From the NCBI GenBank assembly GCA_039714075.1, contig JBDLKA010000004.1, forward strand, positions 25,782 to 89,781: a stretch of DNA of 64,000 nt, written 5' to 3'. The notes beneath the pieces were generated by a model. It was not told where the DNA came from. It was given only the letters and a program-made list of their open reading frames with translations, and searched no databases. The stretch is from Candidatus Krumholzibacteriota bacterium. Lineage in GTDB: Bacteria; Krumholzibacteriota; Krumholzibacteriia; LZORAL124-64-63. Positions within the stretch are counted from its first letter, which is position 1; each line of letters begins with the position of its first letter. A program made the translations under genes and the position numbers. Below, in pieces: positions 28,995-38,370 of the stretch.

Positions 28995-29975
28995 CTATGG
29001 AGCAATATCCAGTACGGCCCCGTAAACGGCCTGGACAACCATGGCCATGCGCTCGTAGTCGAGCTTGTCGGCCGTATCCTCCTCGGTGTGGTAGTTCCGG
29101 TTCCTCAGGTAGGCCGTATCGGTGATCATGACCCCGGGGTAGCCCTGGTTGCGGTAGTTGAGGTGGTCGGACCAGTCGACGCCGGGCACCCACCGGGGCG
29201 GAGCGTTTATGGAGTAGACCGGCAGCGCGGTCGCGCCCCGCATGGCCGCCTTCACCCGGCGCACATCCCCACCTGAACCCATGTCCCCCACGACGCCGAT
29301 CCAGTTCCCCTCGGTCGGGTAGAAAAGCTTGAGGATCGACAGGGGAAAGCGCTGGCTGTCCGGTTCGTCGCTGAAGTAACCGATCATCTCCAGGGCGATC
29401 ATGGCGCGGACTTCGATTCCCTGTTCGTCCAGGTGCCGCGCGTGGACGGCGCTGCCCATGTTTTCGGTGCGGAAGAAGGGCGGTTCTTCCAGGGTGTAGG
29501 CCACCAGTTCCACGGTGAGCGGCAGATCGGCGCCGTCCAACAGCCGCGCGAGTTCCAGCAGGCCGGCCACGCCGCTGGCGTTGTCATCCGCCCCGGGGAG
29601 TTCGCCGTAGGCGTCGTAGTGGGCGCCGACCACGATGCGCTCATCGGTCAGGGGACCGAGCTGGAGGATGACGTTGCGGTATTCGGTGCCGTTGACGGTG
29701 TAGGTTTGTTCGGAACAGAGGCCTGAGGTCCGGGCGAACCGCGAGTGGATATAGTTGGCGGCGGCGTTGAGATTATCCATGTGTTGGTAGTCCCTGGGCA
29801 CCAACTCCTCCGCAAACACCCTGACGCTTGTCTGGAGTTGCGCCGTATCCACTTCGCCCGCCACTACCCGGGAATCCTTTGAAAGCACCGGCTGGGTAAC
29901 CTGGCACATGACCCCAAGGAGCAGAAAGACAATCAGCAGCACAATCACAATCAGGAATTTTTTCAGTTTTCTCAT
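28995..29975 (-). CDS. M28 family metallopeptidase
   Basis: GAHYD, GADDNASG, LEEPP, LEMIG, SDH and YHT motifs. Confidence 0.9.
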   Translation of the reverse strand: MRKLKKFLIVIVLLIVFLLLGVMCQVTQPVLSKDSRVVAGEVDTAQLQTSVRVFAEELVPRDYQHMDNLNAAANYIHSRFARTSGLCSEQTYTVNGTEYRNVILQLGPLTDERIVVGAHYDAYGELPGADDNASGVAGLLELARLLDGADLPLTVELVAYTLEEPPFFRTENMGSAVHARHLDEQGIEVRAMIALEMIGYFSDEPDSQRFPLSILKLFYPTEGNWIGVVGDMGSGGDVRRVKAAMRGATALPVYSINAPPRWVPGVDWSDHLNYRNQGYPGVMITDTAYLRNRNYHTEEDTADKLDYERMAMVVQAVYGAVLDIAP

Positions 29976-31006
29976 CTTGTACCTTCGGTCCCTGAGGCCC
30001 TGAATTCGACCTTCCCTCTCTCCACCGTATTACCCTCGTCCAGGCGGCGAAACAGGTACACCCCGCCATCCCCTGACGATCCTACCACAAAATACCCGCC
30101 AACCATTTCCTTCCTGCCGACGAGTTCCAGGTTTTCATCATAGATGCACATCAGGGTGTGGGTGTCCATATCGTCGTCCCGCCTGAAGGATGTTGCAACG
30201 GCGCCCCCGTTCGGCAGGGGCACTATGCCGGTCGTTCCCGACAGGAAGCGGAACGTGGTTCGATCGCCATCGACTTCAGGCATCGGCGGCACCTCGACGA
30301 AACCCTCTCCACCTTCGGTTGTGGTCAAAAGGAGGTCGCCGGCTTGATCGTATTTACGAACCAGCAGGGGAGCCATCTGCAAATAGAGCAAAGCCCCGTT
30401 GCTGGTGACGGCCAAATGGCCTCCCGCATACACCGATTCGACCCTGGAGGGAATATCCAGGCCGACGGCATACGTATCGGAGAACGATTTGATATGCCGG
30501 CGTGACGGATCGTAAAGGTCCACGGTGGTGTGGTTCGTCAGATTGTTGGCGGTAATGGCGATCCCGCCATCCGGCAGGACGGCTATGGACCTTGCAGACG
30601 AGGCCGGGTTGGCCCGGTCAAAGGAACCGACATGTTTTCCTTCCGTGTCCAGGATCTGCACCCGGCCGCCCTGGCCGGTGGCATAGATCCGATCCTGGGA
30701 ATCCATGGCTATGACAAAATAGGGCATGAGATCCCCGGGGCCTTCCCCCGGCCTTCCCCATTGCCCCACGAACTCTCCGTTCGGTTTGAACTTGAAGATG
30801 CACTCCTGTTTGATGTCGCCGATATAAATGTTGCCCTGAGAGTCCTCCACCACTGGTGTCACATTGCCGAAAAAATACTCATTCTGGTCTGCTTCGGATC
30901 CTAGAACCAGATCTATTTCAAGTTCGAAATCGAGAGAATTTTCCGGATAGGCAAACGAGGGGAGCACCAGGGCAAGAACAGTCAAAAGCAGGGCGATTTT
31001 TTTCAT
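29972..31006 (-). CDS. Secreted six-bladed (NHL-like) beta-propeller protein
   Basis: Signal peptide; DSQGNIYIGD..FKF..WGRPGEGPG blades; overlaps the M28 start by 4 bp. Alternative start 31021. Confidence 0.75.
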   Translation of the reverse strand: MKKIALLLTVLALVLPSFAYPENSLDFELEIDLVLGSEADQNEYFFGNVTPVVEDSQGNIYIGDIKQECIFKFKPNGEFVGQWGRPGEGPGDLMPYFVIAMDSQDRIYATGQGGRVQILDTEGKHVGSFDRANPASSARSIAVLPDGGIAITANNLTNHTTVDLYDPSRRHIKSFSDTYAVGLDIPSRVESVYAGGHLAVTSNGALLYLQMAPLLVRKYDQAGDLLLTTTEGGEGFVEVPPMPEVDGDRTTFRFLSGTTGIVPLPNGGAVATSFRRDDDMDTHTLMCIYDENLELVGRKEMVGGYFVVGSSGDGGVYLFRRLDEGNTVERGKVEFRASGTEGTR

Positions 31007-31039
31007 TCGTATTCCGTTCATCTCAAGCCGGTGCTTTCT

Positions 31040-31759
31040 TCACCGGGCACCGGGTGAAAAAGCCCCCGAAATGGAGGCTGCCCGGGGTTCGCCGGTGAAA
31101 TACTGATTGATAAACTTCCCAAAGGTAACCAACCCCTCCTTCTCGTATTCCCAGGAGCCGTCCTCGATGCGGTAGAGGGTGTAGCCTTGGCAGGCTTCTC
31201 CGGATGTTGCTTCACCGCAGGGCGGACGAACCCAGACTTCCAGATTGCCGTCGATATACAAAGGAGCATGGCCATCGGCACTGGTTATGGTGAACTCGAC
31301 CCGAAAATTGACTCTCTGGAGGTTGTAGGCAACGGCCCCCCATGAATCCGTATCGCATTCCGGGCCACACCATTCGGTGGTGCGCTGAAAACGATTCACC
31401 TCCAACCCGGCAACGCCCGGAGCCGTCCCGCCATCATTGTTCAGGATTTCCCGACCGGAAAAAACATTCCGCCAGACCTGGATCATTTCCCCCTGGTTCA
31501 GGTACTCCGTCGGAAGCGACAGTTCAACCACATCCTCATCCCTGAACTTGAAAGTGAATTTCTTAGTGTCGTGATCGAACAGAGAGGCCAGCGCCTCGAT
31601 GTCTCTTGCCTCCAATGCGGAAACAAAGGCAACCATCAACTCGTCAGGAGAAGAAATCCTGCCCTCCGGGATCGTGATCGGGGGATCATCGTCAGAACAG
31701 CCGACCAGCAGCAAGGATATCAGGCAAAAAATGCCCAGGGTTGTTCCCGGTCGCCTCAT
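31040..31759 (-). CDS. Putative lipoprotein
   Basis: Lipobox LVGC followed by SDDD. Confidence 0.7.
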   Translation of the reverse strand: MRRPGTTLGIFCLISLLLVGCSDDDPPITIPEGRISSPDELMVAFVSALEARDIEALASLFDHDTKKFTFKFRDEDVVELSLPTEYLNQGEMIQVWRNVFSGREILNNDGGTAPGVAGLEVNRFQRTTEWCGPECDTDSWGAVAYNLQRVNFRVEFTITSADGHAPLYIDGNLEVWVRPPCGEATSGEACQGYTLYRIEDGSWEYEKEGLVTFGKFINQYFTGEPRAASISGAFSPGAR

Positions 31760-31955
31760 GGTCTCTCCAAATTATTTACAAACAGCCCGTTTGTTGATCG
31801 AAAGCATTATATCACAGGGGTTCTGGAATATTGAGTCATTTGGGGAATCGAATCAACTGGTTGGAAATTGGATCCTGGAATTATGCCTGAAAACCGGGAC
31901 CCGGAGCAATCCGGGCCCCGATTGACCATCCAGGGGCCGCCCCTGGTCGTAATAA

Positions 31956-32603
31956 TTAAAAAGGCGTCAGAAGTATCGTTGTCTCGGTATCACCATTTAC
32001 AGCGCGCCAGCCTGTCGGGGAAGGGTAATCCGAAATCAGCGGGTGGTAGAACACGTTCATTTGTTCTATCTGATCATTGATACACCATTGCCCGGCTTGA
32101 TCGCCGCCAGACGGAACAATGATATTCAAACCGATGGGATCCGATTGATACCTGGGTTTACCATTGAAGTCCCCAACGTAATTGAAAGTGTAGTCCACGG
32201 AACCCTGGGGCGATCCCGTAACCGTGAAACCCTCGGGCTCATCGGTCAAGCCGTTGGCGACATCGGATAAACCACTTTCACCCGTGGAATTCGCGGCACT
32301 GACCTTGTAATAGTACGTCGTAAAATAACCAAGACCCGTGTCGACGAATTCCGTCAAATCTCCTGAATATACCTGGGCGAAATTCGCCGAGGCATTGTCC
32401 GACCTGAACAATAAATATTCCGTTGCGTTATCGGAGGCGTTCCAGGACAGGGCTATGCTCGCCACTCCCGTATCGGTAATGGACAATCCGGTGGGAACAG
32501 CGGGAACGGGCTTGGGGGTGGTGCCGTTATCGGAATCCGAATCGGAACATCCCGACAACAGGCACAATAAGAAGATGGACGAGAAAATGATGATCGGTTT
32601 CAT
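31956..32603 (-). CDS. Putative lipoprotein with fibronectin type III domain
   Basis: Lipobox LSGC; PTGL..LSWNA..YYYKVSAANSTGES FN3 pattern; ATG 32603 after AGGAGG. Confidence 0.8.
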   Translation of the reverse strand: MKPIIIFSSIFLLCLLSGCSDSDSDNGTTPKPVPAVPTGLSITDTGVASIALSWNASDNATEYLLFRSDNASANFAQVYSGDLTEFVDTGLGYFTTYYYKVSAANSTGESGLSDVANGLTDEPEGFTVTGSPQGSVDYTFNYVGDFNGKPRYQSDPIGLNIIVPSGGDQAGQWCINDQIEQMNVFYHPLISDYPSPTGWRAVNGDTETTILLTPF

Positions 32604-32934
32604 GGCTCCTCCTGATTTTGAAAACGAACCTGCATCACGGATGCGCAGCAAAGTACACCTTGAAATAATTCAGGACAAGCACAATATTGCGCCTATTGAG
32701 CACTATAAGCATCTTGTATTCCAAGCAGTTATGGCAGGATGTCGACAGCGGGCAAGCCTTCACTTCAGCAACGTCATGCGCCTGGTATCCACGTACCCTC
32801 GGATCGGCGTGAACCGTCCCGCCTTCAGTTGATACCGGGATAAGGTGGTTTTTTGCACCGCTAGCGGTGTCCCGAAAAGAAGCAAGAAGCGATCCGTCAA
32901 TTTATGCCACCCACTTGGAGATTTGCAGCTCAGC

Positions 32935-33879
32935 CTATTTGATCAACGTCATCCTCTTCGTCTCGACATAGTCGCCGGCCTCGAGGTGGTAGAAGTAGAC
33001 GCCGGCAGGAACGATTTGGCCGTTCATGTCTCTTCCTCGCCAATCGACTTCGTTACGGCCCCGAACTGCGATCTCATCGTTCATCAGGACATTCACCAAA
33101 CGTCCGGCTACGTCGAATACGCGCAGACTCACTTTCTGTTCTTTCGGCAGGCTGAAGGCAATCGTCGTTTGGGGATTGAAGGGGTTAGGGACCGCATCCA
33201 GAAGTGCGGTCCTCTCCGGCATCGGCAGACTTGCGCTCACGGCGTTGACCGTGAACGAGGTCGGAAAAACCGGCTGGGTAGAGTTATTGCCGGTCCAGTT
33301 CGCCGGGTTGTTGATGGCCGCCAACAACTCGGCGGCGGTGCCGGTGGTGGGACCGGTATAGCTGTAGTTGTCCATCTCCAGCGCCATCGCCACGTTCGCG
33401 CCCGAGAGGGCGGCGGGCAGGGCCGAAGTGTTGGAGGAGGTCGCGTCTGCCTCCCAAGCCGTGCCGTTATCGTGGTAGCCGTAGAGGAGCGTGCCCGTAA
33501 GGACCCCGCCGCCGTCGATGGAACCCTCGAAAGCGAAGATCTGGTCGCCGCTGGATGAGAGGTTGAAGCCGCCATCAACCCCCGGCATGTAGACCACAGT
33601 ACCGGCGGCGAGGCCGCCGGCAGGTACGGTGTAGGTGACGACACCCTCACCAATGCGGAAGACAGTCGTATTGCGCCACCCGTTGTCCGTGAACGATATC
33701 TCGGTGCCTGCGTCGATGGTCGTCAAAGCGACGAAGGCGAAGGCCTTCGCCAAGGGGCTAATGTCCGACCGGAACCCGACGATGGCGACGTCACCAGAGG
33801 TGAGCTGGGCGTTGGTGATCGTCGCGGAGGCCGTGATCAGCCCGAAGACCAGAAGCCCAATGACCAGACGAGAATTCAT
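32935..33879 (-). CDS. Secreted protein with C-terminal FlgD-Ig/T9SS-like domain
   Basis: Signal peptide; GDVAIVGF..ISFTDNGW..GDQIFAF module; PNPFNPQT C-terminal domain. Confidence 0.82.
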   Translation of the reverse strand: MNSRLVIGLLVFGLITASATITNAQLTSGDVAIVGFRSDISPLAKAFAFVALTTIDAGTEISFTDNGWRNTTVFRIGEGVVTYTVPAGGLAAGTVVYMPGVDGGFNLSSSGDQIFAFEGSIDGGGVLTGTLLYGYHDNGTAWEADATSSNTSALPAALSGANVAMALEMDNYSYTGPTTGTAAELLAAINNPANWTGNNSTQPVFPTSFTVNAVSASLPMPERTALLDAVPNPFNPQTTIAFSLPKEQKVSLRVFDVAGRLVNVLMNDEIAVRGRNEVDWRGRDMNGQIVPAGVYFYHLEAGDYVETKRMTLIK

Positions 33880-35543
33880 TTTGTTCCTCCTAAAGAAATG
33901 CCGTCCATCTGTAACCTGACCGAAAACGTCGCACCCTTGTCGCTATTGTTTTCGGCCGTGACCGAACCCCCATGCCTTTCGACGATCTGCTTCACGAGCG
34001 CCAGCCCGAGACCGGTGCCGTCCTTATCGTAAGCCGTGGCATTGCTGGCCCGGAAGAACTCATCAAAGACCTGGTCGACTTCGTCCGTTGGAATCCCTAT
34101 GCCCGTATCCCGGATGGTGATGACGATCTGATCATTTCGGACCACACCGCGGAGAGCGACCTTCTCGTGCTCCGGGGTATACTTGATGGCGTTGAAAAGC
34201 AGGTTGGTGATGGCTTCCGTAAGGGAAAGTTCGTCTCCGGTCATCGTGTCGATGTCCGGGTCCACATCCGCCTCAAGCGTGATGTTCTTGTCCGTGGCCC
34301 GCGGCCGGACCGTATCCAGGGACTTGGCGATGGCCTCCTTGAGGGAGAACGACGCCACCTCCATCCGCCCGCTCAACCTGAGCCTTGTCAGGCGCAGGAG
34401 ATCGGCAATGAAGGACAGGACCTGGGTGGTCCGCCGCGAAGCTCGCTCCACCAACTCGGCCTTCTTTTCCGGCGACCCGATCCCTGAATCGTTGGCGGCG
34501 ATCGCGAGACAGCTTTTTATGACACCGAGGTGCCCCTTGATGTCATGGGTGACGCGGGACACGTACTCGTCCTTGATGCGGTCTTTCTCCTCGAGCTCCC
34601 GGTTGGCCTGTCTCAGCGCCTGTTCCTTTTCCTGCAGCTCACGGAAGAAGAGGTTTTTCTGGACGAAGTTGATCTGGCGCGAGATCGCTTCGATGAAATC
34701 GAACATCGATTCCGGCACATTCTCTTCCGGAAGATCGACGTAGAGAAGATCGACGGAATCGGCGGTCTTGTTGACGCGGGCCGCATAGACGTTGTGCGGC
34801 GGCATTTCACCGGCGAAGGTCAGCTTCAGGTCCTGAGTGGACGCGGGATGGCTCTTGGCCATGACCGGAGTCGGGGTGAGGCAGGCCGATTCCAGAACCC
34901 GGTGAGAGAACCGCACGGGGGCAGAGGCGCCCGGACGATTCCCGTCCCCCCGTGGGACCTGGTGGGCCAGCACTTCGGGTTCACCAGTAAAGGTCTCGCC
35001 GTCGAGAGAGAGCCGCACGATGGCGACGAAAGTCTGGATGGACTCCGCCAGCTGATCGCACGCCTGGGCGTACAGATCCGCGGAGTTAGACATCTTCAGC
35101 AGGTTCTCGGTGAAGGCGTTGAAGGTGGGAAGCAGCAGGGGTCCCAGGATGGTGGCGGGATCGGCCCGGTAAGAAATGACCTCCTCCTGGCTCCCCCGGT
35201 CGACGACAGAAAACGACTGCCGGTCCTGGCCGTCCTCACCGGACCCGGCCGACTCACCCCCCAGGGCCAACGTGAAACAGGCGAGCGATATTTTCAGCCC
35301 GGGAACCATCTCCTGGGTCTTCATCCGCCGGCCCTTGAGGAATATACCGTTGCGGCTGTCGAGATCCTCGATGATCCAGCTCTCATCCACGGCGCGGTAG
35401 ATACGCGCATGACGTCGGGAAACGCTCTCATGGTTGAGGATGACGTCGTTCATGGGATCCCGTCCCAGGCGGGTGCCGGCGGGATCCAGGACGACCTCTT
35501 TTGTTCCGGTGGGGCCGGAAATCGTAAGGGAGACTTCAGGCAT
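33876..35543 (-). CDS. Cytoplasmic FHA-domain histidine kinase
   Basis: FHA motifs LGRD, VSRRHA and DLDSRNG; H-box THDIKGHL; NLLFNAIKY, DTGIGI and GTGLGL; no TM segments. Confidence 0.9.
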   Translation of the reverse strand: MPEVSLTISGPTGTKEVVLDPAGTRLGRDPMNDVILNHESVSRRHARIYRAVDESWIIEDLDSRNGIFLKGRRMKTQEMVPGLKISLACFTLALGGESAGSGEDGQDRQSFSVVDRGSQEEVISYRADPATILGPLLLPTFNAFTENLLKMSNSADLYAQACDQLAESIQTFVAIVRLSLDGETFTGEPEVLAHQVPRGDGNRPGASAPVRFSHRVLESACLTPTPVMAKSHPASTQDLKLTFAGEMPPHNVYAARVNKTADSVDLLYVDLPEENVPESMFDFIEAISRQINFVQKNLFFRELQEKEQALRQANRELEEKDRIKDEYVSRVTHDIKGHLGVIKSCLAIAANDSGIGSPEKKAELVERASRRTTQVLSFIADLLRLTRLRLSGRMEVASFSLKEAIAKSLDTVRPRATDKNITLEADVDPDIDTMTGDELSLTEAITNLLFNAIKYTPEHEKVALRGVVRNDQIVITIRDTGIGIPTDEVDQVFDEFFRASNATAYDKDGTGLGLALVKQIVERHGGSVTAENNSDKGATFSVRLQMDGISLGGTK

Positions 35544-35619
35544 CCTGTCTACCTTTCCATCGCAAACGGTGAGACGGGTATTACTGATTTTGACTATACC
35601 ATATCGATGGGGTTTTCCA

Positions 35620-35746
35620 GTAAGACGATGGTTGTGGCTTCGAAATTGTGTTTCACACCGGATTGCAGGTCATGGTGATGGAATTCGGCGGCAACCACAA
35701 CGAAATGGCAAAAAGAGGTGTCCCCGGGGGCACCTCTTTTTGATGT
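35620..35746. repeat. Intergenic 125-bp repeat, copy 2, with near-perfect palindrome at 35709-35742
   Basis: Homologous to 19356-19480. Confidence 0.88.
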
Positions 35747-35888
35747 ATTGGAGACAGTCAGACAAATTCCGGATATGCGAAGTCCATTTTTTCAATGATA
35801 CAGGACATCTTTTGTGTTATTTTGGGTGATGTCGGGAATGGGAGAGCAAGGCCATTTCCTGATGTTCATGGTTTTGAAGGGAAAAACG

Positions 35889-36317
35889 ATGCGAAAAATG
35901 TTGTATGCGGTCCTCGTAAGTTTGTTCATCGGCGGGTTGTCGATCGACCCGGCCACGGCTTCGGACCACGATAAGAATCCGGCGGACGAATCCGGGTCCG
36001 GCGTGAATCTGGAGAGCTTGTTGAAGGCGGAGCTTGAGGGATTCGAGGGAGCCGAGGTCATCGTCAGCCGGGTGACCTTTCCTCCCCACTCCTCGCTGCC
36101 GAAGCATTGGCATCCCGGCGAGGAATTCGCCTACATTCTGGAGGGTTCGGTCATCCTGTGGCAGGACGGCGAGGACGATCTCGTGGGCCAGGCGGGAGAC
36201 GTCATCAAGATCCCCCTGAAGAAGGTGCACACCGCCCGTACCGGGGACGAGAGCGCCACCGTCCTGGTGTTTCGGGTTCACGAACAGGGCAAGCCCGAGC
36301 GTGCCCTCGTCGAGTAA
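35889..36317 (+). CDS. Cupin domain protein with signal peptide
   Basis: HWHPGEEFAYILEG and GD..IP..VH cupin motifs. Confidence 0.85.
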   Translation: MRKMLYAVLVSLFIGGLSIDPATASDHDKNPADESGSGVNLESLLKAELEGFEGAEVIVSRVTFPPHSSLPKHWHPGEEFAYILEGSVILWQDGEDDLVGQAGDVIKIPLKKVHTARTGDESATVLVFRVHEQGKPERALVE

Positions 36318-36323
36318 TGAACA

Positions 36324-36351
36324 TCGGCCCCGGGTCTGGACCCGGGGCCGA
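36324..36351. terminator. Hairpin between convergent genes
   Basis: TCGGCCCCGGGTC / GACCCGGGGCCGA. Confidence 0.65.
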
Positions 36352-36377
36352 ACAACAAATCAACTATCCGTTCCAGG

Positions 36378-38141
36378 TCACTTGAGCAGCATCATCTTCC
36401 TGGTCTCTACCAGGTTGCCCGTTTGGAGCTGGTAGAAATAGATACCGCTGGAGCGACCGCGGGCATCCCACGTCACCGCGTGCATGCCTTCACCCAGGAC
36501 ACCATCGACCGGGGTATCGACCAGACGGCCGCGTGCGTCATAGACGCGCAGGGCGGTGTATCCCTCGTGCGGAAGCACGAACTGGAACACCGTGGTCGGA
36601 TTGAACGGATTCGGATGATTGGCCAGCTGGACCGCACCGGTCGCGGGCAGGCCGCGGCGGTACACGTCGCCGCTCTCGCAGCTGCGTGTGGTCACGTTCG
36701 AGGCCGGATCGTAGGTCAGCGAAGCGTGGGTAACGTCGGTCACCTCGAAGCACCACTCGCCCGAGGGGTTCTTCAGCTTGGGCGTCGAGAAGGACGCGAC
36801 GCCGGTCGAACCTGTCAGGGAGCTCAGGGTCCCGCTGTTGGGGCCGTCATAGCTGACGGTCACCGTGGCGCCGGCCGCAGGCGCACCGCCGTCGTCGACG
36901 ATGGTGACACTGCAAAGGCCGGTGTTGTTGGGCCCGGCGACCTTGCGGCTGACGGCAATGTCAGAGACGTACATCGTGCTGCCGCCGCTGCCCGGCTCGG
37001 TGACCGTGATGTACCCGTTCCTGGTCAGGGTGTCCGAACCGTCGCCGTTGGCCACCGTCAGACTCACGTTGTAGCTGCCCGCGGCGGTGTAGGTGTAGCT
37101 CGGATTCTGGGCGGTCGAGGTGCCGCCGTCGCCGAAGGTCCAGTCCCAGCTCGTGGGCCCGCCGGTGGACTCGTCGCTGAACGCCACGGTCAGCGGGTAG
37201 TCGCCGCTGGTGGGGGTCCCGCTGAAGGCCGCCGTCGGTCCGGTGGGCGTCGTGCCGCCGTACATGGTCGGGCGGTAGAGGGCCATCTGCTGGTTCATGC
37301 GCGTGGTCTGGTCGGCCGTGAACTCGTACATGCAGTAGTCGTCCGTGTAGTCCATGAAGTTGGTGATGGGGTCGATGCCCGGAGCGGAGCAACTGTCGCG
37401 ACCCTCGGGGCACCCGTAGGCCGGGGAGCTTTCCTGGGGAGTGTCGTCGCAGTAGTCGTTGGGCTCCGTGCAGCCGTCCTGGAAGGTGTGATACAAGCCG
37501 AGGAAGTGACCCGTCTCGTGGGTGGCCGTGTCTCCCTCGTTGTAGGGATCGGCCCAGCCGCCGGGGACCGAGCCCCAGAGGCAGACGACGCCGTGCAGGT
37601 AGCTGTCCTCGGGATACATGTCGGGGAAGGTCGCGTAGCCCAGCAGCCCGCCGCCGATGTCGCAGAAGTAGAGGTTGTAGGTGGTGGCCGGATCGATGGC
37701 CAGGGCCTGCTTCATCTGGACCATCTGGTTGCTGCCGTAGCGGTGGGTGGACCACCTGGTATTGTAGGTGCGGTCGATGCTTGCCAGGGAGAAGCTGAAC
37801 CCGGTGCCCTGGTAGGCGGCGTTGAGTACGTCCATCTGGTCGTAGATGTAGGAATCGGGCACGTCGGCGTAGCCGTCATCGTGGGCGACGACGTGGATGG
37901 CGACCGGAATCACGACGCCGGCCTTGTCGCGCATGAAGCCGCTGGCCTTGAGCCAGGCATCGACCGCCTGGGCGTTCCGTTCAATGTCGTCGGCGGTCGG
38001 GACAGGCGTGGAGCAACGGACCCCCTGGACCACGGCTCCGGCGGAATTCTGATAGGTGATGTCGGCGGCCATGACGGCCGTCCCGAGCATCAGGATAGAT
38101 AGCGACAACAACATGAATCCCAATGGCTTGAATCTCTCCAC
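36378..38141 (-). CDS. Secreted M43 (pappalysin/ulilysin-like) zinc metalloprotease with PKD and FlgD-Ig/T9SS-like domains
   Basis: HETGHFLGLYH zinc motif; NFMDY Met-turn; PKD motif WTFGDG; PNPFNPTT C-terminal domain. Confidence 0.92.
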   Translation of the reverse strand: MERFKPLGFMLLSLSILMLGTAVMAADITYQNSAGAVVQGVRCSTPVPTADDIERNAQAVDAWLKASGFMRDKAGVVIPVAIHVVAHDDGYADVPDSYIYDQMDVLNAAYQGTGFSFSLASIDRTYNTRWSTHRYGSNQMVQMKQALAIDPATTYNLYFCDIGGGLLGYATFPDMYPEDSYLHGVVCLWGSVPGGWADPYNEGDTATHETGHFLGLYHTFQDGCTEPNDYCDDTPQESSPAYGCPEGRDSCSAPGIDPITNFMDYTDDYCMYEFTADQTTRMNQQMALYRPTMYGGTTPTGPTAAFSGTPTSGDYPLTVAFSDESTGGPTSWDWTFGDGGTSTAQNPSYTYTAAGSYNVSLTVANGDGSDTLTRNGYITVTEPGSGGSTMYVSDIAVSRKVAGPNNTGLCSVTIVDDGGAPAAGATVTVSYDGPNSGTLSSLTGSTGVASFSTPKLKNPSGEWCFEVTDVTHASLTYDPASNVTTRSCESGDVYRRGLPATGAVQLANHPNPFNPTTVFQFVLPHEGYTALRVYDARGRLVDTPVDGVLGEGMHAVTWDARGRSSGIYFYQLQTGNLVETRKMMLLK

Positions 38142-38370
38142 GGCGAGCTCCTTTGATCAGGTAGGAGTGGATTGGCGAACTACAGGATGGCTATAGAGCG
38201 GAGATGTCCTGAGGATTTGCGGGGACGTGACCCATACACGACAAACCCTGCACACCACACGTCTCGAAAATCATACTAGCATGAATGGTAATCTGTTTTC
38301 AATATAAAATAGCGGACCAATCCGCTTTCTGAACCGGCGGCAAATGTATTCCCTTAATCCGTGTCGGAGG

